Below, one piece after another: positions 25,771 through 35,152 of a DNA stretch of 52,728 nt (within the stretch, counting starts at the first letter, position 1; the number at the start of each line of letters is the position of its first letter). The stretch is from a virus (lineage: Duplodnaviria; Caudoviricetes): positions 1 to 52,728 of the IMG/VR virus record IMGVR_UViG_3300024520_000099. One strand, 5' to 3'. The notes below the pieces were generated by a model, which saw only the letters and a program-made list of their open reading frames with translations, was not told the DNA's origin and did not search any database. A program made the translations under genes and the position numbers.

Positions 25771-26669
25771 ACAAGTGGCTCATCCTCGACTGCTCATACC
25801 TGTGCCACCGTGCAATGCACACCACAGGCCAGCTGACGTTCGGCGACGTGAAGACGGGCATCATCTTTGGGTTCCTACGAGACATCGGGACCCTGTGTTC
25901 GTACCACGACACCCAACGGATCGCATTCTGCTTTGACTCGACCAAGAGCAAGCGACGAGAACTCTACGAACCGTACAAGCAAGCCCGTCGTGAGAAGTAC
26001 GAACAGATGGACGAGGAAGAGGCAAAGATCTGGACTGAGTTCAGGGCACAAGTACAGAAGCTCCGACGCGAGTATCTACCCGCCATAGGCTTCAACAACA
26101 TCTTCGTTCAACGCGGCCACGAAGCTGACGACATCATAGGTAGCCTGTGCTTGGAGACGCTGCCACAAGACGGCTCAGAGGGTGTGATTATCGCCAGTGA
26201 CCACGACCTATTCCAGTTGCTCGGTCCACTGGTGACAATGTGGAACCCGAACAAGAAGCAGTTCTACACAGCAGCTGACTTCAGGCGTGAATGGGGCATT
26301 GGGCCTGAGCGGTGGCACGAGGTCAAAGCCTTCGCTGGTTGCAGTGGTGATGGTGTCGAGGGCATCCCCGGCGTTGGTGAGAAGACAGCAGCCCGTTGGC
26401 TCAAGGGTGAAGTGAACCCAAAGCACAAAGTGCATGACAAGATACTCGGTGGGATGAAGACGTACACACGCAACGTGCCATTGGTCAGGTTGCCGTTCGA
26501 GGGGACAAAGGTCTTCGAACTGGTAGACGACGATGTCACCAAAGACAAGTGGAACGCCGTGTGCCAAGAGTTGGGCATGACCAGCCTAGAGGGAGTGGAC
26601 CTAGGACCCGACGTCAGGAGACGCGGGGTGAAGCCCAAGAACAAGCGAAAAGGATTTGGCCTGACATGA
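25767..26669 (+). CDS. 5'-3' exonuclease / flap endonuclease
   Basis: LILDCSY, CFDS, YKQAR, EADDII, SDHDLFQL, GIPGVGEKTA (H3TH). Confidence 0.92.
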   Translation: MNKWLILDCSYLCHRAMHTTGQLTFGDVKTGIIFGFLRDIGTLCSYHDTQRIAFCFDSTKSKRRELYEPYKQARREKYEQMDEEEAKIWTEFRAQVQKLRREYLPAIGFNNIFVQRGHEADDIIGSLCLETLPQDGSEGVIIASDHDLFQLLGPLVTMWNPNKKQFYTAADFRREWGIGPERWHEVKAFAGCSGDGVEGIPGVGEKTAARWLKGEVNPKHKVHDKILGGMKTYTRNVPLVRLPFEGTKVFELVDDDVTKDKWNAVCQELGMTSLEGVDLGPDVRRRGVKPKNKRKGFGLT

Positions 26670-27127
26670 GAATACTTGCACTAGACATCGCCACGAAGAC
26701 CGGGTTCGCAGTCACTGACGGTGAGAGCGGAACATGGAACTTCACGGCAAAGAAGGACGAGTCGAAAGGGCTACGACTGGTTCTACTCAAACGTAACATA
26801 GCCCGCATCCACAAGGAGGAACCGATAGACATCGTGGTGTTCGAGGCAGTCCGCTGCACTCGCAACGTCCAAGCCGTGGTAGCCCAGAGCGAACTGCAGG
26901 GCATCGTGAAGGCTTGGTGCGAGATCAAAGGGATTGTCTACAAGGGCTACACGTCCTCGACCATCAAGAAGCACGCAACCGGGAAGGGCAATGCAGACAA
27001 GAAGGCTATGGTCAACTCTGCTGCTGAGTTCTTCGAAACTACCATCGTCGATGACAACCACGCGGACGCACTGTGGTTGCTCGACCTCGCAACTATCGAA
27101 CTTGATTCAGAAGGTGAATTCGAATGA
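26666..27127 (+). CDS. ruvC: RuvC-like Holliday junction resolvase
   Basis: ILALDIATKTG, VFEA, IKKHATGKGNADK, DNHADA. Confidence 0.88.
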   Translation: MRILALDIATKTGFAVTDGESGTWNFTAKKDESKGLRLVLLKRNIARIHKEEPIDIVVFEAVRCTRNVQAVVAQSELQGIVKAWCEIKGIVYKGYTSSTIKKHATGKGNADKKAMVNSAAEFFETTIVDDNHADALWLLDLATIELDSEGEFE

Positions 27128-28158
27128 AGACGCTACTCATGTTGCTGGTGCTGTGTAGCACCGCACACGCCGTGCAACCAGTTTACCACGGCACCGAAAC
27201 TGAGGTCTGCACGCAGATGCTCAAGAACGTTGAGTTCCACCCATGGCTGAAGGGCGCTCGTAATGAATGGAGACTGTGGGACAAGACCCGCGTCGACTTC
27301 TACACGCCCACTCACGCGGTGGAAGTTGACTGGGCCCGCAAGTGGGCAGAGGGTATCGGGCAGTCGCTCTACTACGCTGACGTGACCGGTCGTAAGCCCG
27401 GCTTGTGTCTGTTGGTGGAGCAGGACGGCTCCGACAGTCGCTACGTCTACCGAGCACAGACGGTCTGTGTGAAACGTGACATCAAAATCTGGTTGGTCCT
27501 GGTGAACAAGAAAGGACCGACGCCAGCCCCGAGGTTGCATAATGTCCCAGAAGAACTCCCACCGCCAGCTAGACCTGCCGGCGTGCCACCAGGACGTGCA
27601 GCTGACGGCTTCACTCCTCGAGGACAGCAAAATGAACTCAAGTTCAACGACACCGACATGGCCCTACTTCCACCTCACTTGGCAAATGGAACGTTCGAGC
27701 AAGTGGCATACGTTGTTCATGCCAAAGGACAGGGCGAGAGCGAAGGCGGAGGAGTTGAGCAAGGCGGGAGCGTACGAGGTCCGTGTGATGGAAGCCAAGA
27801 TGGTTTCACGTTGGGGCCCAATGGCGGACATGCCGGATGTGAAAACGGCAGTTGCCGACTACCACGAAGAACGACCGGTCCACAAGCCGGGCGACAGGGG
27901 AGCACTATCGTAGCCCCTCCTGAGTGCAACGCAACAGGATGTCATTTCCAGCCATGGATGGTCCCACAGACCCGAGCTGGAGTACCAAGCAGTGAACAAG
28001 TTCAGATTCACATTCGTTGGGGCAACTGCCCTCAACCAGGACGAAGCAACTGCCCGTCTTGGCGAACTACTGAGGGCCAGTTTCAAGCAGTGCCCTGTCC
28101 TTGTCCCCGAGGGCGTCGTGGCAGAACCTTGCGACGAGGATGGCGAACTGCTCGCTGA
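27124..28158 (+). CDS. Signal-peptide-bearing PD-(D/E)XK-like protein; the C-terminal 170 aa overlap two other ORFs and are doubtful
   Basis: MKTLLMLLVLCSTAHA; TRVD..HAVEVDWARKWAEGIGQSLYYA. Confidence 0.55.
   Translation: MKTLLMLLVLCSTAHAVQPVYHGTETEVCTQMLKNVEFHPWLKGARNEWRLWDKTRVDFYTPTHAVEVDWARKWAEGIGQSLYYADVTGRKPGLCLLVEQDGSDSRYVYRAQTVCVKRDIKIWLVLVNKKGPTPAPRLHNVPEELPPPARPAGVPPGRAADGFTPRGQQNELKFNDTDMALLPPHLANGTFEQVAYVVHAKGQGESEGGGVEQGGSVRGPCDGSQDGFTLGPNGGHAGCENGSCRLPRRTTGPQAGRQGSTIVAPPECNATGCHFQPWMVPQTRAGVPSSEQVQIHIRWGNCPQPGRSNCPSWRTTEGQFQAVPCPCPRGRRGRTLRRGWRTAR
27632..27913 (+). CDS. Hypothetical protein
   Basis: GAGGA SD before ATG27632; nested in another frame of 27124..28158. Confidence 0.45.
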   Translation: MNSSSTTPTWPYFHLTWQMERSSKWHTLFMPKDRARAKAEELSKAGAYEVRVMEAKMVSRWGPMADMPDVKTAVADYHEERPVHKPGDRGALS

Positions 28159-28252
28159 CCCCGATGAAGCTGGCAACTGCGGGGCCTGTGGTTCCGCGGT
28201 AGCACCTGATGCGGTCACGTGTCACCACTGTGGAGAAATGATCGAGCAATGA
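27992..28252 (+). CDS. Zinc-ribbon hypothetical protein
   Basis: GGAG SD; CGACG..CHHCG; ATGA overlap with sbcC-N. Confidence 0.6.
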   Translation: MNKFRFTFVGATALNQDEATARLGELLRASFKQCPVLVPEGVVAEPCDEDGELLADPDEAGNCGACGSAVAPDAVTCHHCGEMIEQ

Positions 28253-29274
28253 TCACTGAGATACGACTAGCGAACTTTCAAGGATGGCGACGGCTCAAGG
28301 TGAAGCTGGACGAACGGGTGACCACACTCGTTGGACCTAGCGACCGAGGGAAGTCCGCTGTCATCCGAGCCCTGAAGTGGATCGCGTTCAACCGCCCGCG
28401 AGGCGATGCGATGATCCGCGACGGGGCAAAGTTCGTTGGCGTATCGGTGTTCGTAGACGATCATCAAATCACACGTAAGAAGGGAAGCGTCAACCACTAC
28501 TCGATGCGACCCGTTGGAGAAGAAGAAGGCGTGACGTACAACGCCTTCGGGACACAGGTCCCGGACGACATCGCAGAACTACTCAACGTCGGAGAGGTCA
28601 ACTTCCAAGACCAACATGATCCGCCGTACTGGTTCACGTTGTCCCCGGGACAGGTGTCCAAACAACTGAACGCGATTGTTGACCTAGGCATCATCGACGA
28701 CACGTTGAAGAACCTGGCATCGCAAGTACGCACCCACAAAGAAGCCGTCGCCATCCATACCGAGCACGTGGTCACTGCCAAAGCGACTGTCGCTGAATTC
28801 GCTCGAATACCCGAAGCAAGTGGTAGCCTGGCCTACGTGGAGACGAAACTCTCCGAATATGAGACGATAGCTTCACAGCGACGTTCCTTGGGGCGTTGTA
28901 TGGAACAGGTCTCAACGGTCGCGTCCCTCTCTAAAAGCCTGAAGGAACGTGCCACAGGGGCTCGAAATTGTGTTCAAACAGGCGGTATCGTTGTAGAACG
29001 GGCTGAACAGGTAGATCAACTGGAAAGACTGGTCTCCAAGTACGAAACCGCTCACCGTGGCTCTACCGCACCTGACTTCAGTGGTGTCGAGCACAACAAG
29101 ACACAGCACGACCAGTGTGAGACCAGGACCCATGACCTCGCACGTCTGGTTCACAAGCTCACACAAGCCCAAGCTCGGTTCGACCAAGCAACTACATCTC
29201 ACCAAGCAACCCATCAAATCATCGAAAGAGAATGCGAAGGAGTGTGTCCACTATGTCACAACCAGTTGTCTTGA
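28249..29274 (+). CDS. sbcC: SbcC/Rad50-like ATPase, N-terminal half ending at the zinc hook
   Basis: NFQ, Walker A GPSDRGKSA, Q-loop NFQDQHD, coiled coil, terminal CPLC. Confidence 0.85.
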   Translation: MITEIRLANFQGWRRLKVKLDERVTTLVGPSDRGKSAVIRALKWIAFNRPRGDAMIRDGAKFVGVSVFVDDHQITRKKGSVNHYSMRPVGEEEGVTYNAFGTQVPDDIAELLNVGEVNFQDQHDPPYWFTLSPGQVSKQLNAIVDLGIIDDTLKNLASQVRTHKEAVAIHTEHVVTAKATVAEFARIPEASGSLAYVETKLSEYETIASQRRSLGRCMEQVSTVASLSKSLKERATGARNCVQTGGIVVERAEQVDQLERLVSKYETAHRGSTAPDFSGVEHNKTQHDQCETRTHDLARLVHKLTQAQARFDQATTSHQATHQIIERECEGVCPLCHNQLS

Positions 29275-30188
29275 CCGTGAGCGACCTCCACTTGTCGCAC
29301 AGACCACCACTGGCCCGCATGGCTGAGCCTGACTGGTATGACGTGATGAAGCGTCACCTGCTTGAGATCGAATCGGTGGCAGAGAAGCACAAGATCCCAG
29401 TCGTCTACGCTGGTGACATCTTCCACAAGTACAACCCGCCACCACGGCTCATCGCGTTCGCCCTCAAATACCTGCCCAGCGGATGGGCCATACCAGGACA
29501 ACACGACCTGCCGCATCACGTCTATGAGAACATGGACCGCACGGCATACGGTTGCTTGGTCGAGGCTGGTGTGATCAAGAACATCCACCCCGACCGCTAT
29601 GCGTATCTTGAGGTCCCAAACAAGGACGTTCTCTCGCCCGACAGCTTAGTCAGGCTTGTGGGGTTTCCATGGGGCACCGAGTTCATACCACTGGACCGAG
29701 AAGACCGCGATGGGTACACGAGCATCGCCATCGTGCACAAGTACATCTGGACGAAGGGCAAAGGGTACAAAGGCGCAAGCGAAGACGCCCTCATTGGCAA
29801 GTACCGCAAGACATGCAAGACCTACAATGCGGTCGTATTCGGTGACAACCACAAGGGCTTCCTAGTGGGCAAGCACGTGGTGAACAACGGCACCATGATG
29901 CGACGGAACTCTGACGAGATTGGGTACGACCCATGCTACTCGCTGATACACGACAACGGCGAGATCGCCCGAGCTGAGTTCAAGTGCTGTGACGAAGATG
30001 TGTTCACAGATGTAAACGAGGGTGTCGCTCTTGTGGAGCGTGCACTAGACATGACGGAGTTCATTGGTGAGCTGGGCCAACTAGGCACAGACGCACTGGA
30101 CTTCTTCGAAGCCCTGAAGAGATTCTGCGATGCCGAAGGTATCAGTGATGAAGTACGGTCCCGCGTCATGGATGCGGCCGGTAGATGA
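29253..30188 (+). CDS. sbcD: SbcD/Mre11-like metallophosphoesterase nuclease
   Basis: SDLH, AGDIF, PGQHD, FGDNH, NNGT. Confidence 0.88.
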   Translation: MSQPVVLTVSDLHLSHRPPLARMAEPDWYDVMKRHLLEIESVAEKHKIPVVYAGDIFHKYNPPPRLIAFALKYLPSGWAIPGQHDLPHHVYENMDRTAYGCLVEAGVIKNIHPDRYAYLEVPNKDVLSPDSLVRLVGFPWGTEFIPLDREDRDGYTSIAIVHKYIWTKGKGYKGASEDALIGKYRKTCKTYNAVVFGDNHKGFLVGKHVVNNGTMMRRNSDEIGYDPCYSLIHDNGEIARAEFKCCDEDVFTDVNEGVALVERALDMTEFIGELGQLGTDALDFFEALKRFCDAEGISDEVRSRVMDAAGR

Positions 30189-30197
30189 TGGAGCGAC

Positions 30198-30560
30198 ATG
30201 GAACTACCCGAAGAAGAAACCTTCATACCGGCAGCGATGTCGTATGAAGAGAACGCATGGGAGGGCTACCACGCCACTCTAAGGGAACACGCTGACCCGC
30301 ATGGGTCACGCGAGGACCACGGTGCGTTCCTACCAGACCCCGATGAAGTCCGAGCACGAATAGGACAGATGCGGTGGCTGGCAGAACTAGGTTTCGATGA
30401 CAGGTTCATGTGCAGTGTAATGCAATACGAATGTCCGACAATACACTTAGTCAGACGCATGGTGAAGAGGTACGGTGTCACCGAGACCATTCGCCGGCTC
30501 GAACCTATGCTTGAGAAAACAGAATACGACCGAGAACTCAGAGGACCATCATGGGAATAG
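30198..30560 (+). CDS. Hypothetical protein
   Basis: GGAG SD; fills the operon gap. Confidence 0.6.
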   Translation: MELPEEETFIPAAMSYEENAWEGYHATLREHADPHGSREDHGAFLPDPDEVRARIGQMRWLAELGFDDRFMCSVMQYECPTIHLVRRMVKRYGVTETIRRLEPMLEKTEYDRELRGPSWE

Positions 30561-30805
30561 ACCTCGAACGATACAACGAGTTGAAGGACCACGCTGACAA
30601 AGCCCAACGTGAAGCTGACAAGCAGAAGGGCGTACTCGAAGAGCTGAAGGCACAGCTCAAACGGGACTTCGGGGTTTCAACGCTCAAGGCTGCGAAAGCC
30701 AAACTGAAACAGTTCCAGGAGGAGCAAGACGATGCCGAACGAACCTACGAACAAGCCCTCGCTCAGTTCCTCGAAGACTATCCAGAGTTTGAGGAAGAAG
30801 CTTGA
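30551..30805 (+). CDS. Short coiled-coil protein (candidate middle piece of split SbcC)
   Basis: Heptad-rich; GAGGA SD. Confidence 0.65.
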   Translation: MGIDLERYNELKDHADKAQREADKQKGVLEELKAQLKRDFGVSTLKAAKAKLKQFQEEQDDAERTYEQALAQFLEDYPEFEEEA

Positions 30806-31343
30806 TGGGTTGCTGGAGTCAAGGCGAACGGCTAAGGCACTACACAAGACCCACGTCGCAGCCCTCACCACAGCAGAAGACGAACTCACATTCGCCGATG
30901 AAGCTCACCAGTTAGCACAGGACGTAGCCCGAGCGATCCAAGAACACTGCCACGCTCAGATCGCTGCCGTGGTATCACGTTGTCTAGAGGCCGTGTTCCC
31001 AGACAACCCATACGAGTTCGTGCTCCACTTCGAGAGACGCGCCAATCGCACCGAATGCCGCCTTTCATTCGTTCGCAACGGGCTAGAGGTAGACCCAACG
31101 TCGGCCAGTGGTGGTGGAGTGGTAGACGTCGCGTGCTTCGCTCTCAGGTTAGCCGCTCTAATGCTCAGCAGACCACCGAAACGCCGGCTGGTGGTACTCG
31201 ACGAACCATTCAAATTCGTGTCCCGGGAATACCTTGAGAACGTCCGGTTGATGCTGGAGACATTGGCAGAAGAGATGCAGGTCCAGTTCATTATGGTCAC
31301 CCACATCGAGGAACTTCAAACAGGAAAGGTCATCACGTTATGA
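30732..31343 (+). CDS. sbcC: SbcC/Rad50-like ATPase, C-terminal half
   Basis: Signature ASGGG, ALRLA, Walker B/D-loop LVVLDEPF, H-loop MVTH; AGGAGG SD. Confidence 0.85.
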   Translation: MPNEPTNKPSLSSSKTIQSLRKKLDGLLESRRTAKALHKTHVAALTTAEDELTFADEAHQLAQDVARAIQEHCHAQIAAVVSRCLEAVFPDNPYEFVLHFERRANRTECRLSFVRNGLEVDPTSASGGGVVDVACFALRLAALMLSRPPKRRLVVLDEPFKFVSREYLENVRLMLETLAEEMQVQFIMVTHIEELQTGKVITL

Positions 31344-31445
31344 ACAGCTCCCGTCCATCAGCAGCCTGTGGTTCGAGAACAGTGAGTGGGGCGGTCCGCC
31401 TTTCAAGTGTGGGACATTTCTCCCTCTAGGCTGAGCCAATTGACG

Positions 31446-31476
31446 TTGCTACACTGATGTCACACTTGTAACATCA
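31446..31476 (+). promoter_or_regulatory. Promoter TTGCTA-N17-TAACAT overlapped by the imperfect palindrome TGATGTCACACTTGTAACATCA
   Basis: At the replication/packaging boundary; palindrome 31455-31476. Confidence 0.5.
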
Positions 31477-31499
31477 ACACTCAAGCAACGAGCATATTC

Positions 31500-31736
31500 A
31501 TGGTGACTGCAGCCCAAGAAATCGAACGTCTCCAACGCAAGATCGAAGATGGCTCTCTCAACCCTGAGGAGCCTCTATTCATCTTGAGGGCGCAGGATTG
31601 TATTGCAGGTGATACGGTTCGTGAATGGGCTACTCGGGCGTACGAAATTGGCACCCCGGAAGAGAAGGTAAATGAAGCGATGATGCTCGCAAAGGAAATG
31701 GATCAATGGAAACCCAGACGCATCCCAGGAAGGTAG
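31500..31736 (+). CDS. Hypothetical phage protein
   Basis: EPLFILRAQD..VREWA..AKEMDQW. Confidence 0.65.
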   Translation: MVTAAQEIERLQRKIEDGSLNPEEPLFILRAQDCIAGDTVREWATRAYEIGTPEEKVNEAMMLAKEMDQWKPRRIPGR

Positions 31737-31742
31737 CAGGAG

Positions 31743-31829
31743 ATGGCGCACGCAAGCATGCGGATAGGGGCCATCGTGGTCCTCATAGCCATACTGCTCA
31801 TTGTGTGTCCCGTACCACGAGGAAAATGA
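31743..31829 (+). CDS. Possible 28-aa membrane peptide
   Basis: MAHASMRIGAIVVLIAILLIVCPVPRGK, translated by hand; fills the gap before terS. Confidence 0.35.
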   Translation: MAHASMRIGAIVVLIAILLIVCPVPRGK

Positions 31830-31830
31830 C

Positions 31831-32589
31831 ATGAGCGAATCTAATGGCAATGGCAATGGGACCTTCCATCCCACGTACTATCTACGGGCATACGAGCTTG
31901 CACGGTCGGGTCAAGAAGATGGCGAAATTGCGGGAGGGCTGGGCGTACGGCTCCACGTTCTCCGCCGCTGGATGCGTAACGATGATGCATTTGAAGAGTG
32001 CATAACGAGAGGTCGTAGCGAACAGGACGGTGATGTACGACGTGACATTTCGGGACAACTAAGAAATACGCAACTTCGGTTTCTTGCCGCGTATGCTGAG
32101 TCAGGCAATATATCAGCAGCGTCAAGGACCACAGGTATCAGTCGAGAGTCCCACTACCGATGGCTCGAAGAGGACGACTACCCACTCGCGTTCCAGTATG
32201 CGAATGACATCGCGGTAGATGCCCTCGAAGAAGAAGCACGTCGCCGAGCACACAAGGGCTTGCAGCGACAGAAGTTCCATCAGGGTATGCCCATCATGAC
32301 GGAGTGCGAGCCCAACGATCCACAGGGGCACGAAGTAGAATGGCGGGGTGAGATGACATGGGTGAAACCGTACATCGAGCACGAGTACTCTGACACCCTA
32401 CTCATATTCCTGCTCAAGGCTAAGCGACCGGACGTGTTCCGTGATAAGCCCATCGAAGTGAATCAGAACCAGACCAACATCGGCGTAGACATGAACCAAC
32501 TCCTGCAACTAGCCGAGCGGCAGAACGTGATCGAAGGTGACTTCGTTGCGATCGAGGCACAGCGAGCAATCGAGGCACACAATGGCTAA
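31831..32589 (+). CDS. terS: Terminase small subunit
   Basis: Two HTH segments, LEEEARRRA, YSDTLLIFLLKA; directly before terL. Confidence 0.8.
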   Translation: MSESNGNGNGTFHPTYYLRAYELARSGQEDGEIAGGLGVRLHVLRRWMRNDDAFEECITRGRSEQDGDVRRDISGQLRNTQLRFLAAYAESGNISAASRTTGISRESHYRWLEEDDYPLAFQYANDIAVDALEEEARRRAHKGLQRQKFHQGMPIMTECEPNDPQGHEVEWRGEMTWVKPYIEHEYSDTLLIFLLKAKRPDVFRDKPIEVNQNQTNIGVDMNQLLQLAERQNVIEGDFVAIEAQRAIEAHNG

Positions 32590-34195
32590 GCGTCGCACCA
32601 AGAAGGAACAGCAGACACCACTAGGACCCGAGCATCTGGAGATCCTCGAAGACCCCATCAAGTTCTGTGCTGTGTGCTGGCCGGACATCAAGCTCTGCGA
32701 CTACCAACGTGACATCCTGATCAGCCTTCGGGACAACGTAGAGACGTTCGTACATGCCGCGAACGAAGTGGGTAAAGACTTCACGACCGCGATTGGCGTA
32801 CTGTGGTTCTTCTGCTCGCGGAGACCCGCTCGTGTTATCACGTCCTCCAGTGGTGAGACACAACTCAAGAACATCCTGTGGTCGGAGATCAAGGAACGCA
32901 TCGCAACGAGCAAGATCAAGTTCCCCATCAAGGTCGGTACGCTCAGCATCAAGTGGATCAACGAAGACGGCGAAGAGGACCCGCTCTCGTACATCATTGG
33001 CCATGTGACCAAGTCCGTCGAGAACTTCCAGGGGCACCACTTGGACCACGACAAGCCCCGAGTGCTATGCGTGTTTGATGAAGCGTCCGGTGTCGCAGAC
33101 GAATACGATGAAGCGGCCGATTCGTGGGCACACAGGAAACTCGTAATCGGGAACCCGCTCAACTGCCTGAACTTCTTCTACCGAGCATGCAAGAAGGGCA
33201 ACGTGGAACACGATGCGGACACAGGGGAGACCGGTCTGCTACGGAACATCATTCACATAGACGCTCATGGTTCGCCGAACGTGCAGTACGGAGAGCTGAT
33301 GAACAATGCTGGGGTCCCGGGTCCCTACAAGACCATCGTCCCTGGCGTACTGTCGTATCCCGAGTACAGACGTCGCCTCAAGATCTGGGACAAGATCAAG
33401 ATTCACATGCGGCTACATGGGCTGTTCTACGAAGGCGACGAAACGCTCTTGTATCCACCGGACTGGCTCGACCTCGCGGAGCAAACCTATGAGCGGCGTT
33501 GTCCGACGGGCTACGACCTCTGCCAAGATCACAACAGCAGGAACCCTGCGACCGCTATCGGGGTTGACTGTGGCGCAGGACGAGACCTCTCAGTGTGGAC
33601 GATGGTGAACGCAAAGCAACTCATACATCAGTTCGCGATACAGACCCCGGACACGATGGCGATCGTGCGACGTACAATCAAGTTCATGGCCCACTACAAG
33701 ATCCCGCCCGAGAAGGTCGCTATGGACGCGGGCGGTGGTGGTAAGCAAATCGCGGATCGCCTCAGGGAGATGGGCTACCACATCAGAACCGTTTTCTTTG
33801 GCGAGTCCCCAACGCCCGACAAGGGTACACGACAGAAGCGGACCAAGGAAAAAGAAGCACAAGCGGAACGGCGACAGGCCTACAAGAACCGACGGGCTGA
33901 GATGTACGGCATGCTACGAGAGCTGATGGACCCAAGCATAAACGACGAGGTCTTTGGGATACCAGTTGAGCTGCATGAGCTACGCAAGGAACTAGCGATC
34001 ATGCCGCTGATGTACGACCCAGAGGGCAAGCTATTCCTACCACCCAAAGACCGACCGGCTACCAGTGCAGCGAACAGTGAAATCATTACGATCAAGAAAC
34101 TCCTAGGGCACAGCCCAGACAGAGCTGACAGCATCGTGCTCGCCACGTTCGCTCAGTTTGGGAAACCCGCAAGACGAAAGGTCGGTGCCCTATGA
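32582..34195 (+). CDS. terL: Terminase large subunit
   Basis: AANEVGKD, FQGHH, VFDEASG, IGNP, IGVDCG, MDAGGGG, SPDRADS. Confidence 0.92.
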   Translation: MAKRRTKKEQQTPLGPEHLEILEDPIKFCAVCWPDIKLCDYQRDILISLRDNVETFVHAANEVGKDFTTAIGVLWFFCSRRPARVITSSSGETQLKNILWSEIKERIATSKIKFPIKVGTLSIKWINEDGEEDPLSYIIGHVTKSVENFQGHHLDHDKPRVLCVFDEASGVADEYDEAADSWAHRKLVIGNPLNCLNFFYRACKKGNVEHDADTGETGLLRNIIHIDAHGSPNVQYGELMNNAGVPGPYKTIVPGVLSYPEYRRRLKIWDKIKIHMRLHGLFYEGDETLLYPPDWLDLAEQTYERRCPTGYDLCQDHNSRNPATAIGVDCGAGRDLSVWTMVNAKQLIHQFAIQTPDTMAIVRRTIKFMAHYKIPPEKVAMDAGGGGKQIADRLREMGYHIRTVFFGESPTPDKGTRQKRTKEKEAQAERRQAYKNRRAEMYGMLRELMDPSINDEVFGIPVELHELRKELAIMPLMYDPEGKLFLPPKDRPATSAANSEIITIKKLLGHSPDRADSIVLATFAQFGKPARRKVGAL

Positions 34196-34731
34196 GCGAC
34201 CCGATGTTCACCTACGTCCAGAACTTCTTCAACCGTGGCCAATGCTGCGAACTCACCGCGAGAGCGTTCAGCGAATTGCATACCGACTTCCGTACCACAG
34301 AGGTCAAGCACCGCGAAGGCTACAAGCTCATGGAGGACGTCGAGCCCGCGACCAAACTGCGAGAGCATCTAGCGATCAGAACGAACAGGCCCATTGACCA
34401 CATTGAGCCCGTTGAGATCGTTCGCTACAGCCCCGGAGCTGAATACCCACTGCACTATGACGGCTGGTGGAGAACCCACACAGCACTCGTGTATCTGAAC
34501 CACGACTACACAGGAGGTCACACAGTCTTCCCGAACATACCTGCGGGAGAAGTACAGCCCCGCGAGGGTGCAATCCTACTGTGGGAGAACGCTCGAGACC
34601 GGACCAACATTCAACAGCACAGCTATCGCGTTGACAAGCTTCTGAAACGTACGAAGTGGATCGCGGTGACATGGGCATGGGAGACGAAGTGTGACACATC
34701 CATTCTTTCAGGAACAACCCCACGGACCTGA
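34192..34731 (+). CDS. 2OG-Fe(II) oxygenase, prolyl-4-hydroxylase-like
   Basis: VRYSPG, HYD, YLNHDYTGGHTVF, H..V..KWIAVTW. Confidence 0.82.
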   Translation: MSDPMFTYVQNFFNRGQCCELTARAFSELHTDFRTTEVKHREGYKLMEDVEPATKLREHLAIRTNRPIDHIEPVEIVRYSPGAEYPLHYDGWWRTHTALVYLNHDYTGGHTVFPNIPAGEVQPREGAILLWENARDRTNIQQHSYRVDKLLKRTKWIAVTWAWETKCDTSILSGTTPRT

Positions 34732-35152
34732 TCCGAAGTTCCAAGACGACCCGTTCTGGGGTGACCCCGAATACCCTGCGATGATTCGTATGCGCCACGA
34801 TGAGACGGGCGAGATACAGCATGCGGTTCTCATCTCCAACATCGGACCCGTTCACTTCGTGTGGATCATCGAGCAAAAGAAGTTCGACATCTTCGATATG
34901 GCATGGCCCGATCAGACACCCGTAGACCCACAACTGCCAGCCTTCGGGTCACCGTTCCCCGAGCACTTTGTGGAGGACGGTATGCCCCACGACGGCGATG
35001 CTCCGATGCCACCCAATCTCGGTCACAGCGAAGGCTACCGCCCGTCTTATAGCCCGATGTTCTGTGCCCAGTGTGAAGAGCGTCTCACCAAAGAAGAAGT
35101 CATGTCAGGCTTGGAGATGTGCTTCAGCTGCTACTGTCAGGAGCAAGGCTGA
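34691..35152 (+). CDS. Hypothetical Pro-rich protein with C-terminal Zn finger
   Basis: GGAG SD before GTG; CAQC..CFSC. Confidence 0.55.
   Translation: MTHPFFQEQPHGPDPKFQDDPFWGDPEYPAMIRMRHDETGEIQHAVLISNIGPVHFVWIIEQKKFDIFDMAWPDQTPVDPQLPAFGSPFPEHFVEDGMPHDGDAPMPPNLGHSEGYRPSYSPMFCAQCEERLTKEEVMSGLEMCFSCYCQEQG

Noticed and set aside
31344-31440. Possible tRNA or ncRNA (contains GGTTCGAG)
   Set aside because: No cloverleaf or acceptor stem could be built
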